Shown: piece by piece, positions 24,421 to 35,599 of the stretch
Layout of the letters: each line of letters starts with the position of its first letter
How positions within the stretch are numbered: the first letter of the stretch is position 1
Origin: Mobula birostris
Taxonomy: Eukaryota
Direction: 5' to 3'
Length of the DNA: 64,000 bases
Assembly: GCF_030028105.1 (NCBI RefSeq)
Contig: NC_092383.1
Coordinates: 97,921,604 to 97,985,603 of the forward strand
Translations under genes and position numbers: made by a program
Notes under the pieces: generated by a model
The model's input: the letters and a program-made list of their open reading frames with translations, nothing else
Databases searched by the model: none
Told to the model about the DNA's origin: nothing

Positions 24421-26819
24421 CCACGGGAAATTGAGTCACAGGATTGTTTATGGAGAGTTATATATCCTTATATTTGATTATACATTTACTTGGAATATTG
24501 AATTCACTTGCTTATACCATGGAGGCATAAATTAATCAGTAGACAAGAAAATTATTACCGACTGAATATTGTATTTACCAATCCTAATGTCTAAACATAA
24601 TGTCTGTTGTATTTATTTGTCATTTTACAAACATTTTTCCCATTCATCCCCTTCCCGACCCCTAATTGTCCATGCTGTGTCCCTACTGCACACTGCGCAT
24701 GCGTAGTTTCTGTCGCGCACAAATAGTAACGGCCCGGGTCAGCACCATGGTTTTTTCCCGGAACCGCCAAACCTCAAACAAATACACTATGTTGGCTATG
24801 AGTGCTCTAGAAACAACAAACGTAACACAAATAAACTTTTATGCATTAAATTTAATAAACTTAAATACTATTCATTCTCTAAATTGTTTATATGTGTTAC
24901 TGGCGTATTGGTTATGGCAAATGCGTATATATGAGGTGAGTGTGTCTGTGTGTATGGATGGTGTATGTTCTGTGTTACAGGTATGCACCCCGACACCGTC
25001 CAGCAAAATGTGGTATCAAATGGGAAGAGATGTAACACGGTAAGTGTATTTTAATTCGAGGTTGTGAAATTATAGCAGTGTGGCCCAAGTCCAGTGACAG
25101 AGACTTCTAACACATTTATGGCCATGTTGCCCTTCTTCACTCCAAGAAAAACAAAAATATCCTACCTTGGCTGTCTTTATAACTGAAACACTCCATCCAG
25201 GCAATATTCCAGTTAAATGTCGGCAGAAAGGGATTGAACCTATGTCGGCCATGGTTGAATAGCTGAACAGACTCTTTGGGACGAATAGCCTTATTCTGCT
25301 CCTAAAATTATGGTCTGACTTTCCCTGCACCGGCTCCAGCACTATGACATATCTCAGCAACATGGTGATCAGAAACACAGGTCAGCTCTGACCATTCCTT
25401 TATGTAACCCCCTCACCGGGCTCGTCAGCTAATTCTAACAGCCACGGGAATCAATGGAGAGAAGGCCACCTTTCATAAACAGTATACGCCTATAGTCGGT
25501 ATGATTTGGAGTTCAACCAAACAGGAACGTCGTGAATGAAACCTTGTTTTGAACGAATGCTGTGTAAATACTGCCCAAAAAACAAATATAGGTTGTGAAG
25601 AAATAACAGAACGTACAATGAATGAAATTATAAAGGAAGTACATTTACTAATTTCAACTTTATCAAACAATATTTAAAAGAAAGAAAAGAAAAAAAATGT
25701 AAAGGAGACCATTTCAGTTAGACCAGTCTAAATGTGCACACAACCATTGTAGCTCGTCTCTTCCAAAGCTTGGCATAACGATTTCTCTCGGCACCGAACC
25801 TACGATCTGCCTGGAAACACGCACCACATTCCGAACAAACTAGCTCTCTCTCCTTGGCCCTTCTTCTTTGAGCCCGTCATCTGCACAAAGCACCTCTTAC
25901 AAAGAGTACACTCCCGCCCATGGAATTCTACGGAATCTCCTCTTCTCTTCCGCTCTGCAGCTCCAGCCAAAAGACCCCAAACCAGACTACCGTCAGTCAT
26001 AAAACTCTCTCCGACCCAGCCAGTCTAGAACCTTCTGCAGATCCCACCATCCTGATCGGCTGACAGAACATTCCTAAGTTGAACACCAAGGCATCTTATC
26101 TTTAGCAGAAATCTAAACATTCCACCTGCAAGAAACACTGCTTTTGCAGAAAACTGCTAAAATGAAATACCCACGCATAACAGTAGAAATCCTAACCAGG
26201 ACATTACATTGATAAATTTAGTGCATAACCACTTTGTTCTAATATTTAACAACCGATTGGCTACTTTAACAATGTGTCTACCTGAGCAACCACCTCCAAG
26301 AATCTTTGCACTTGCACGCATTGTCCTCGTCTTTCCTACAATTTCCTAAAACCCTATTATTAAAAATATCTTCTCTAACCTCTGTAATATTCCAAAATGC
26401 AAAGTGTCTTCTTCTAACCCTATCACCCATTTCTCATTCCATTTCCCCAACAATCAGGCTGTAACACAACAGCACCCTCCACGTCGCAATCAACAACTCC
26501 AACATCCTTCACGATATCTCCGAATTTACTGATTTTACCCCTACATCCACATCCAAATCATTGCAAATGATAAAGTCTGCATGTAGTAATACTGATTACT
26601 GGCATCCAATCACGAAAACCTGGATCCACCTCCTCTTATTTTGAAGCAATGATTTTATACAACATACAGGTTGTCCTGGTCAAGATGGATCACACTGCTT
26701 TGTGCAGAATGCAGTGACACGATCAATACTTTATTGCCTTTCCAAATAATCTATTTGATTGTGCAGGGCAAATCTTAAACCTGACAAAGGTCTATTGGTT
26801 ATTTCTGATCAGTCCACGC

Positions 26820-27290
26820 TTTTCCAGATGATCCGTAATCCTCTCCCTCTAATCAATAGACAACCTGACATGAGTATCACTGATGTCCAGGTGGTTCAAT
26901 CCTGAATGGAGAGCCAGTAATATAGCATCTGCTATACATCTGTGGGCAAATTGCAGCAGGACCAGGTCTTCGCTGAGCCAGGAGTCAATTCTAGTATTCA
27001 TTAACCGTTCCAAGCTATTCACCAGAGTAGATGTGAGTGAAAGTGAGTGATGGTCGTTGAGGCGGCTCATTCTTTTATTTTTGGGCACCAGTATGAATGA
27101 GGCCTTTTTGAAGCGGTTGGGAACCTCTGATTACAGCAGTGAGAGATTGAAGATGTGCTTGACACTCCATCTGTTGGTTGACACAGATTTTGGGCGCCCT
27201 ACCAGGTACAGCAAAGATGTTCTGACATCAGCTTCAGAGACAGATATCACAGGATTGCCGGGGGCTGGAAAATTTGGCAAGACTGTGTGA
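26820..27290 (-). mobile_element. Rex1/Babar-like RT N-terminal fragment
   Basis: ORF 26849..27088: RLNDHHSLSLTSTLVNSLERL...QFAHR...DAILLALHSGLNHLD. Confidence 0.7.
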
Positions 27291-28489
27291 GCCAATTATG
27301 GAACGCCACTGGTTTTGTTAGCGGGTCAGAGTCAGCACGAACCATATTCCGTACCTCAGCTGAGGTCCAGGGCTTTAGAATTGGGGTTTCTCCCACCATA
27401 GTTCGGGGAAATGGACCGATATCTCCCCAGTAGAGCTATCTGTTGCCTCAGCTCTTATTCCCTTTGATTTTGTTGTCTGTTGCCTTCGAAAAGACGTTAA
27501 TTCGGGGAACCATTCTGTTCCGGACCCTCGGTGTGCAAACAATAGGCAACGCAGAATAGGTGGGTGGTTGCGGCTACTTCAATGACCTGAGAGGTCCTGA
27601 GGTGGATCACACGGAGGAGGGGGAGGAGCAGAAGCAGCCGGTAACTGTGGGTGCAGACTGTTGGCGGGTCCTGGAGCCGCGGCCGTCGGTGTCCTGGGTT
27701 TTTTTGTCAGAAGTAGTTTCTTTCTTACGTTTTGTTTTAGGTTGTTGGTGCTGTTTGGCCACTTGTTCCCATTTATTAAAACACCACATCATATAATCAA
27801 GGTACCATGTAGGATCTGCGCTAGCTGAATCAGTCGTCTCCTTCCAATATTTTAATTTTTTCCGGTCAAAAGACCCTCTATAAGGCTAATCCCCCTAATC
27901 CCAACCGTAGAAATCACTAGAAAATGTAACCGAGGCCCTGCTGTCCACTGTTTCCAAAAAAACCTTATCTGCGGGTGATCCCAGGGGGAACCAGCGGTCA
28001 CCCAGCAATTTCTTTGTCTTCTTGTACTTTTCGATTTTCTTCATTGTGGTGTCATTTACTGGTATTTTCATTTTCGGACCACACAGGTATCACTTCTGAG
28101 GCACTGTTCTCAGGAGCGATTAAATTAGATTAGATTAGATTATGAGGACAGTCAGTCCTCGTTTATCGTCATTTAGAAATGCATGCATTAAGAAATGATA
28201 CAATGTTCCTCCAGTATGATATCACAGAAACGCAAGACATACCAGGACTAAAACTGACCAGATAATTATAACATGTAGTTACAACAGTAATACCGTAATT
28301 TGAATACGGTATAAAACTACCGTAAATAGCACTGAATAAAAGTACCTTTTCACAACAAGCCCTGCGGCTGGAGGAGGGTGGTTAGCAATTTGCTCGCGTC
28401 TTGCTGTTATGTTTTAATAATACTTGGTTTTCCACACTCCCTTTTATCTTTTCCACATTTTCTGTTCTCTTCTACCAGAACGACCCAGC

Positions 28490-28720
28490 TGGTGACGTAG
28501 CGGCGGCAGCGTCGGACTTGGGGACCTAGCTCCAGCCGGCTCCCCTGCACGCTTTCCATCCGTGCTGGGCTACGAGCTGGTGATCTCTTTGGAGACTCAC
28601 CCGGCAGAAGGCAATGGCAAACCTCTGCTGTGACTTGCTTCGCACGCGGTTCCCCTCTACCTCAGAGAGGCGTGGAGGGAAATTGTCCACTAACCGGAGA
28701 AACTCCGAATGTAACTTGCC
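28490..28720 (+). mobile_element. SINE-like element with a tRNA-like head
   Basis: Starts with A-box-like GGTGACGTAGCGG. Internal AGAAGGCAATGGCAAACC resembles the RTE/Bov-A-type motif, and a similar motif lies near 45955. Confidence 0.4.
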
Positions 28721-29069
28721 TTTCCTTTTTCTACCAGAACATTCAGCGGTCACACATTTTCATTAACCCTCAAAATTTCCTCTCACCCATTTTCCAGTGT
28801 TGCCTTCAGCTGTTCCTTTCGATTTCTCCTCCCATAATCCCAGCTCAACAAGACAGCTCCTCTCTGTGTCCGATCTCAGGAGTGTGTGGGACAGTGCAGA
28901 ATGAACAAGGATCTGTGTTTTACTCGTAACTTCTTCCGGTTAAGATGGTGCTGGTGAACCTCTGCGATCTCTGGTTGGCAGCTAACGAAACAATGACAGC
29001 GACTAAATACTTTGTTAACCACACTTTTAGCAAACGATCATCGCAGTAGTCTGTAACTTCCCTTTGGGA

Positions 29070-29800
29070 TTGGAGGCATTTCGATGTGGCGGAACCGAGG
29101 CAAGGCGAGGCGGCAGACCCGTTGCCGAGAGCGTGGGAAATCAAGAAAATTCAGGCACGGGCCGAATCGAAACTGCATGGTCCAAGCACCAGACATGACT
29201 GAGCACGATCTGCGGACGGAGATTTACAGACCGAATCAATGCCGTGGGGTCAGGCACCAGACACAACTAAGCATGATCTTTGGATGGAGATTTACAGGAG
29301 AATTGAAGTGGTGAGTCCAGCGTATCCAAGAGACAGAGCCGGTTGTTCAGATGGCGATTTAACCACTGGGCCAGATAGAAAAGGTCAGGTTGTTGAGGCC
29401 GGAGGCAAGGCTTGGGCTGCCTCAGATCGCTGCTCAAAGCGGCAGAACCCGATGTTGGGATGGAGAGTTACGCACCGAGGGTGTCAGAAAGGTCTGGGTG
29501 ACGGGGACCGAGGTGAGGTACGGGCTGATTAAGATCGCTGCTCCACAATGTTTACATGGCTCTACACTAAAGTATGGGACTCTCTTGCAGACCTCAGTTC
29601 AAAAACACGACTGGCTTGCAGTTACTGTTTACATGATGGATTGTTTCTATTGCACATTGAGTATTCAACGGTCTTTTTTCATATTGGTGTGTTTGTTTTT
29701 GTGTTTCTTTGTCTCGTGGCTGCCTGTCAGGAGATGAATCTGGAGGTTCTATAATGTATGCACATTTTGATAAACTGTACTTTGTACTTTGAACTTTAAT
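29070..29800 (+). mobile_element. Non-coding LINE-derived or SINE-like repeat with a (GTACTTT/GAACTTT)n tail
   Basis: Internal ~66-bp direct repeat (ACCAGACA...GGAGATTTACAG twice) and a short tandem 3' tail at about 29775-29797. Confidence 0.5.
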
Positions 29801-30192
29801 TGGGGATAGAGTCAGGGATACAGGGTGATGGGGAGAGGGGTTTCTGTGGGAAGGTGTGAGGGAGTTGGATTAACATCAATTGAGATACAGTCAGCGATAC
29901 AGGGCACTGTGGGAGTGTGGTTACCAAGTGACAGTGTGAAGGAACTTGTTTAACATCAGTGGAGATACAGCTGGTGACATTGTTGGCTGTGATTTAAGGG
30001 GAGTGATGTGAGGATGATTGGAACTGCAAGTGTGGGAATGGGATTAATTCTGTAATCCTTTCTCTCCATCCCCCTCCCCCTTTATGATGGGGAGTTTTAT
30101 CTGGCCTGTGGTGAGAGGGAGTGGATCCATCGATTCCTTGTCACTGGGAGTGTGAGGATGGGATTAATCACAGAATCGTTTCTCCTCCTCAG

Positions 30193-30331
30193 ATTCAGAT
30201 CAGAAATCATCACCCAAACTTTGGATGATTGCCACCGGGATACTCAATGTGTTCCCTTTCCTATATATTCTATATTCGCAAACGCTGGGACAAATACAAG
30301 GGAAAGAATTCCGGAACGTGTACGTCTGACG
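30193..30331 (+). pseudogene. Frameshifted paralog of the 8173-8343 transmembrane exon
   Basis: Upstream 30090-30180 aligns with 8070-8160. AG acceptor and GTCGGT donor. 139 nt, not a multiple of 3. Shares WMIAT, and the shifted frame gives KYKGKNSGTCTSD versus KSKGKKSGTPD. Confidence 0.8.
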
Positions 30332-30599
30332 GTCGGTGTCTCCCCACACCCCCAGAAACAGATTAAGTACTGTCACACACTGGCTGTATAATTGCCGTTG
30401 TGACACTCAGTCTGATCGTTGTGTGCCTTGTGCCGTATATACATCTTCACCGTATAATCTGCGGAAAGGCATCAAGAAGGGATACTTATGGTGATAGGGA
30501 GGAGGAGGGAAGGGGCGGTGGGAATGGGGAGGGGGAAGGGCTGAGGGAGCAGGGAGGGAGAGGCTGTGAGCGCTGGGAGGAGGAGGGGCGGGGAGAGAT

Positions 30600-31850
30600 A
30601 ATCGGCCCCGCTAAGGACAGGTACCAGACAGTAGATCTGTAGCACAGTGGTAGGCTGGCAGCGGTGGCAGAATTGAGGCCTTTCCCTTACTGAAGACCTC
30701 TGCCAAATCCTTGTAGCCGGAAGAGATTTCTACCAGTTTGGGAGCTGCAATTGCCCCCGAACCTTTCTCCGAAGGTGATCTTGAGACTCTGTCGGTGTGA
30801 GGGTGATTTGCCAGACCCCAGGGTTTCACCCATAGGTTCACAAGAGTCTCTAATGAAAATAGCGGCCGATGCACCTTCTAAATCCTCTTCCATCTCCTCA
30901 GACATCGGCAACGAGGCGCGCCAAATGGTCCTTGTGCTCCTGGGACTGGGCTCCAAGGGTCTCCGTTTTGAAGCCTTCCCCTTAGACGGGACCTGGCAAC
31001 TGGAGCCCTTTGGCTTAACCGATAGAGTTCCATACTGCTTGGGCAACTCATTGTTTGCTCCTGAACTAGAGATCTCAATGATAGAGAAACTAATGTCCTC
31101 CGCATGATCCGCTATCTTCATCCGCAAGACCATCTGCAAGTCTGCTGCCGGATCTGCCCGGAACGAAGCGGACGGTCGTCCAAGACAGTTGCGATCATGG
31201 GCTGACTCAACACAAGCAGCTGTACGCTGAGCCGATGGGCTATGCGCAAGTCCAGGAAATTTCCCGCTGCTCCAGAGTCCAAAATAAAACATTCACCTCT
31301 CGTTGGTTCATACCCCAGGAGATCTCCGCCGTCAGCGTGACTCCAAAATCGGTGAGTTGGCAGGCAGTGGTTGCTACTGCCCCCGTCCTCCCGACATTGG
31401 GCGGTCTGAACAGCTCTTCTGACAGCTGTTGTCTCGGACATTCGGCCCGCAGGCGATCTGCTTCCCCTCAGTAATGGCAGCAGCCTCGACTCCATCACCG
31501 GAACGTCTCTTCGGTGGAGACTATTATGCGGCCGATTTGCATGAGCTGGACTGGATCCTGAGCAGGAGACGGGCTGGTAACGCTCCGAGATCGGGGGATG
31601 GAACAACGATGCATTGAGTCCGGGCTTGAGCTAGCCCTCTTCGACCTGCTGATGTTGTCCCACTTACCCTCTGCCAGACGATTGAATTGCTCGATTCGAA
31701 TCTCTAAGTCCTGGACTGGTTCTCCCACGGCAAGGGCATCCATCAGTTCATCTTGGAGTCCCTGTCGGTACAGCCTGGTCAAGGCCTTCCCGTTCCAGCC
31801 TCTCCCTTGGGCCAAGGTCCGAAATTCAATCGCGTAGTCGCCTGCTGAGC
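30600..31850 (-). mobile_element. Gypsy (sushi/Tf2-like) gag-protease remnant
   Basis: gag: DYAIEFRTLA...W...YRQGL. Protease: ILDSGAAGNFLD. Then PW-LA-HPH-D and YKDLAEVFSKGKASILPP. Confidence 0.85.
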
Positions 31851-31854
31851 TGTT

Positions 31855-32320
31855 GAGATTAAGCCGCCTGGGACTGTACTCGCTGGAATTCAGAAGAACG
31901 AGAGGAGATCTTATAGAAACATACAGAATTATGAAAGGGGTAGGTAAGATTAGAGGCCAGAAAGTTGTTTTCACTGGTAGGTGAGACTAGAACTAGGGGA
32001 TATAGCCTCAAGATTCGGGGGGGGGGCGGGCGAAGTAGATTTAGGACCCAGTTCAGGGGGAACTGCTTTTCCCAGAAGGTGGTGAATCTGTGGAATTCTC
32101 TGCCCAGTGAAGCAGTGGGGGCTGCCTCAGTAAATACACTTCAGACAAGGCTGGAAAGATTTTTGGATAGTAGGGGAATTAAGGGTTCAGGGGAAAAGGC
32201 AGGTAGGTGGAGATGAGTCCATTGCCAGAGCAGCCATGATCTTATTGAATGGCGGAGTAATCTCCACGGGTCAGGTGGTCTACTACAGTTCCTATTTATT
32301 CTGTTCTTATGTTCTTCTAC
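31855..32320 (+). mobile_element. CR1-like 3' end abutting and truncating the Gypsy gag
   Basis: LGLYSLEFRRTRGDLIETY; ORF 31965..32216 has KVVNLWNSLP; TTCTTATG-type tail. Confidence 0.85.
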
Positions 32321-32389
32321 CTTGTCCAATCTTCATCAGGTGCTCCAAGGCCGAGCTGGCTCCGGGGAAGTGTTGAGCACCTAAACCTT

Positions 32390-33570
32390 GCAGATAATCA
32401 ACCCTGATGCACCGCAAGGATGTGTGCTTAGCCATTACACTACCCTCCATGACTCTGTGGGTAGGCACAACTCAAACGACATCTATAAATTTGCCGACAA
32501 CACTGCTATTGTAGGTAAATTTCAGATGGTGACGAGGAGGTGTACAGGAGCAAGACATCCGCAGGTTGAGTGGTGTCACAGAAATAAGGTCGCACTCTAC
32601 TTCAATAAGACCAAGGACTTGATAGTGGAATTCAGAAAGGGGAACACATACCATTCTCATCGAGGGATTAGCAGTGGGAAGAGTGAGCAGTTTCAGATTC
32701 CTGAGCGGCAACCTCTCTGAGGCCCAAATTATTGATGCAGTTACAAAGAAGGCATGACGGCGGCTTTATTTCATCAGGAGATGCTTTGCTGCGGCGTAGA
32801 CACGGGAGGGGGAGTTGGGGGGGGAGGCTTTGGGGTTCTAACATTTAACTGTCATTCATTCTTTGGGGCATTGCTGTGTTTTTGTGGATGGTTCCGAAGA
32901 AAAAGTTTTTCAGGATGTATATTGTATATATTTCTCTGACATTTAATGTACCTTTGAAACCTTTGAGTTTGAGGAAATTTGGTATACCAGCAAAGACACC
33001 TGCCAATTTCTGTAGACATACCTCGGAAAGCATTTCAACTGGTTATATCACCATCTGATATGGAGATTCCGCTGCACAGGATGGGAAAAAGCGGCGGCGA
33101 GTTGTAAACTCATCCAGCTCCATTATGGACACTCACCTCCACAGCATCTACGACATCTGGCAAAGGCAGCGTCCATTACTGTCGACCCCTCCACTCGGGA
33201 CATACCCTCTTCTCGTTGCTACCATGAAGCAGGATGTGCAGGGGTCTGAAGACACGCCCTCAACGTTTCAGGAACAGATTCTTACCCTCCGCCATCAGAT
33301 TTCTGACTGGACAAGAATCTTACGAACTCTTCCTTCAGTTAGTCCTGACGAAGGGTCTCGGCCTGAAACGTCGACTGTACCTCTTCCTAGAGATGCTGCC
33401 TGGCCTGCTGCGTTCACCAGCAACTTTGATGGGTGTTGTTGTTTGCGTTTTAAAATCCAGGAACTCACTATTTTCCCCTCTTTTTCGCGAGTGATTTAAT
33501 AATTATTGTAATTAGTTTTATAACGTATTGCATTGTACTGCTGCCGCAAAACTACAAATTACGCAATGAT
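32390..33570 (+). mobile_element. Decayed Rex1/Babar-like RT-3' fragment with nested inserts
   Basis: APQGCVLS, IYKFADNTAIVG and KTKDLIVEFRK motifs; the 3' part includes RFRNRFLPSAIRFL. Confidence 0.7.
33340..33377 (+). ncRNA. Minimal type I hammerhead ribozyme motif in a Penelope-like repeat end
   Basis: TAGTC-CTGACGA-AGG-GTCTCGG-CCT-GAAAC-GTC-GACTG. Contains the CUGANGA and GAAA core, helix II AGG/CCT, helix I (T)AGTC/GACT(G), the palindrome ACGT and a GUC cleavage triplet. Activity is untested. Confidence 0.7.
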
Positions 33571-33839
33571 ATTAAAACTGATTCTGATTGTATGTCTGTA
33601 GGTCCGGTCCCTGACCGCGGATTTCCTGCAAACCCGACCGCCACACGGAGCTGGTCCTCAGACTGCTGGACGACGATTGTGGTGGAGTGAGGGTTGAGAT
33701 AGGAGTGAGGGCGACAAAGCGGGTGGAAATAGTTTGAGCAAACAGGCGGGTAGAGAGATTTAAAAAGTCTGTGGGTAAAGATACAACGGGTCGATGTGTC
33801 AAACAGACAGAGTGTCGTCTCACTGAATTCCTATATTTT

Positions 33840-33934
33840 CCCTTTCGGAAGTGGCGGGCCGGGTGTAACCGGAAATTTCTTCCTGTTTTTCCCCGAGATT
33901 CTCCGAAACTCCAGATCCACAAAACGCCCTCACG
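33840..33934 (+). promoter_or_regulatory. Candidate ETS/GC-box promoter
   Basis: CGGAAGT at 33846, GGCGGG at 33853, CCGGAAAT at 33869 and TTCCTG at 33880, in a CpG-rich patch. Confidence 0.55.
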
Positions 33935-33982
33935 ATGTGGATGGTCTCGTCCCTGCTCTGTGTTGTCGCCTGGGTCGCTCGT
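33935..33982 (+). CDS. Candidate signal-peptide exon MWMVSSLLCVVAWVA(R)
   Basis: ATG at 33935 is followed by a hydrophobic run and a consensus donor GTGAGT at 33983 (phase 0). A weaker GTGTGA donor at 33981 would give phase 1. Confidence 0.45.
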
Positions 33983-34039
33983 GTGAGTACGGTCAGATTG
34001 TGGTGATCGATAGTGATTAGAGAACAGGGAGATCTTCCA

Positions 34040-35590
34040 GCTTCTCCCTTCTCCCGTGTGTTCAGAGTTCTGTCTCTCGCTCTCCTCTCTCCCTCTGTGT
34101 TCAGAGTTCTGTCCCTCCCTCATCACTCCCCCCTCTCCTCTGTGTTCAGAGTTCTGTCTCTCCCTCTCCTCTCTCCCTCTGTGATGAGAACTCTGTTTAT
34201 CTCTTTCCGCTCACCACTGTCGCCTCTCCCTTCTCCCCTCTCCCCTCTATTCTTAGCTCTGTCTATCCCACTCCACTCACCGCTCTCCTCTCTATCAGAG
34301 CTGTACCACTTTCCCCTTGCCCCTCTCCCCTCTCCCCTCGCCCCTCTCCCCTTGCCCCTCGCCCCTCTCCCTTCTCCTCTGTGTTCAGAGCTCTATCACT
34401 TTCCTCTTGCCCCTCTCCCCTCTCCCCTCTCCCGTCTCCCCTCTCCCCTCTCCACTCGCCCCTCGCCCCTCGCCCCCTCCCCTCGCCCCTCTGCCCTGTG
34501 TTCAGAGCTCTGACTATTACTCACCACTCTGCCCTCTGCTCTCTCCCTTCTCCCTCTCCCCAGTGTTCAGTACTCCGTCTGTCCATTTCCTTCTCCCCTC
34601 TATTCAGAACCCCGTCTCCCCCTCCCTGTCTCCCTTTCCCCACTCCCCTCTCCCTCTATCGTGTTTACAGAACCGTCTATCCCTATCTCTCCCGTGTTCA
34701 GTGCTCCCCCTCTGCACCCTCCCCCGTCTCCACCTCCCCTCCACCTCCTCTTCCCTCTCCCCTTCCCCTCTCCCCTTCCCCTCTCCCTCTCCCCTCCCCG
34801 CTCTCCTTCCCCCTCCCCTTCCCCTCCCCTTCCCCTCTCCCACTCCCCCTCCCCTTCCCCCTCTCCTTCCCCCTCCCCTCTTCTCCCCTCCCCTTCCCCT
34901 ACCCTTCTCACCCACCCTTCTACCACAACCCCCACTCCCCTTTTCACTCTTCCCTCCCCTCTCTCCCACCCTCACTACCCCACCTCTCTCCCCTTCCCCT
35001 CTCCTCCTCTCCATCTCCAACCCCCTTTCCCCCTCCATACCACCTCTCCCTCCCCTTCCCCCTCTTCCCCTCCCCTTCTCACCTTCCCCTACCCTCACCT
35101 CACTCCCCTTTTCACTTTTCCCTCCTCTCTCTCCCACCCCCACTACCCCACCTCTCTCCCCTTCCCCTCTCCTCTCCTCCTCCCCATCTCCAACCCCCTT
35201 TTCCCCTCCATACCACCTCTCCCTCCCCTTTTCCCTCTTCCCCATCTTCTTCCCCCACTTCCCCCTCCCCTTCCCCTCTCCCCTCCCTTCTTCTCCCCTC
35301 CCCCTCCCCTCTTCCCCCTCCCCTTCTCACCCTCCCCTCTACCCCCACCCCACTCCCATTTTCACTCTTCCCTCTCCTCTCCCCCACCCCCACTACCCTA
35401 CCTCTCTCCCCTTCCCCTCTCCTCTCCTCCTCCCCCTACAACCTCACTGTCCCCCTCCACACCCCCTCTTCCCCGTCCTCTCTGGTTAGATCTCTGTTTA
35501 TCCCGCTCCCTATTCCCTGTGTTCAGAGCTCTGTCTACCTCTCTTCATAACTCAGAGCCTACCTTTACCTTTCGCTCTCTCTCCCTTTGT
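34040..35590. repeat. Polypyrimidine/polypurine low-complexity tract with recurring TGTGTTCAGAG(C/T)TCT motif
   Basis: About 34690-35480 is overwhelmingly C/T with scattered A; internal ~168-bp duplication. Confidence 0.92.
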
Positions 35591-35599
35591 CCATGTAGA

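Noticed and set aside
25400-26810. Possible solo LTR or ERV-like segment starting TGTAACC
   Set aside because: No matching terminus, TSD or coding motif could be established by eye; left unannotated.
28880-28929. Small exon candidate GVCGTVQNEQGSVFYS* with a tyrosine motif
   Set aside because: It lies upstream of the nearest TM exon, has no paralogous copy, and does not match ITIM/ITSM consensus.
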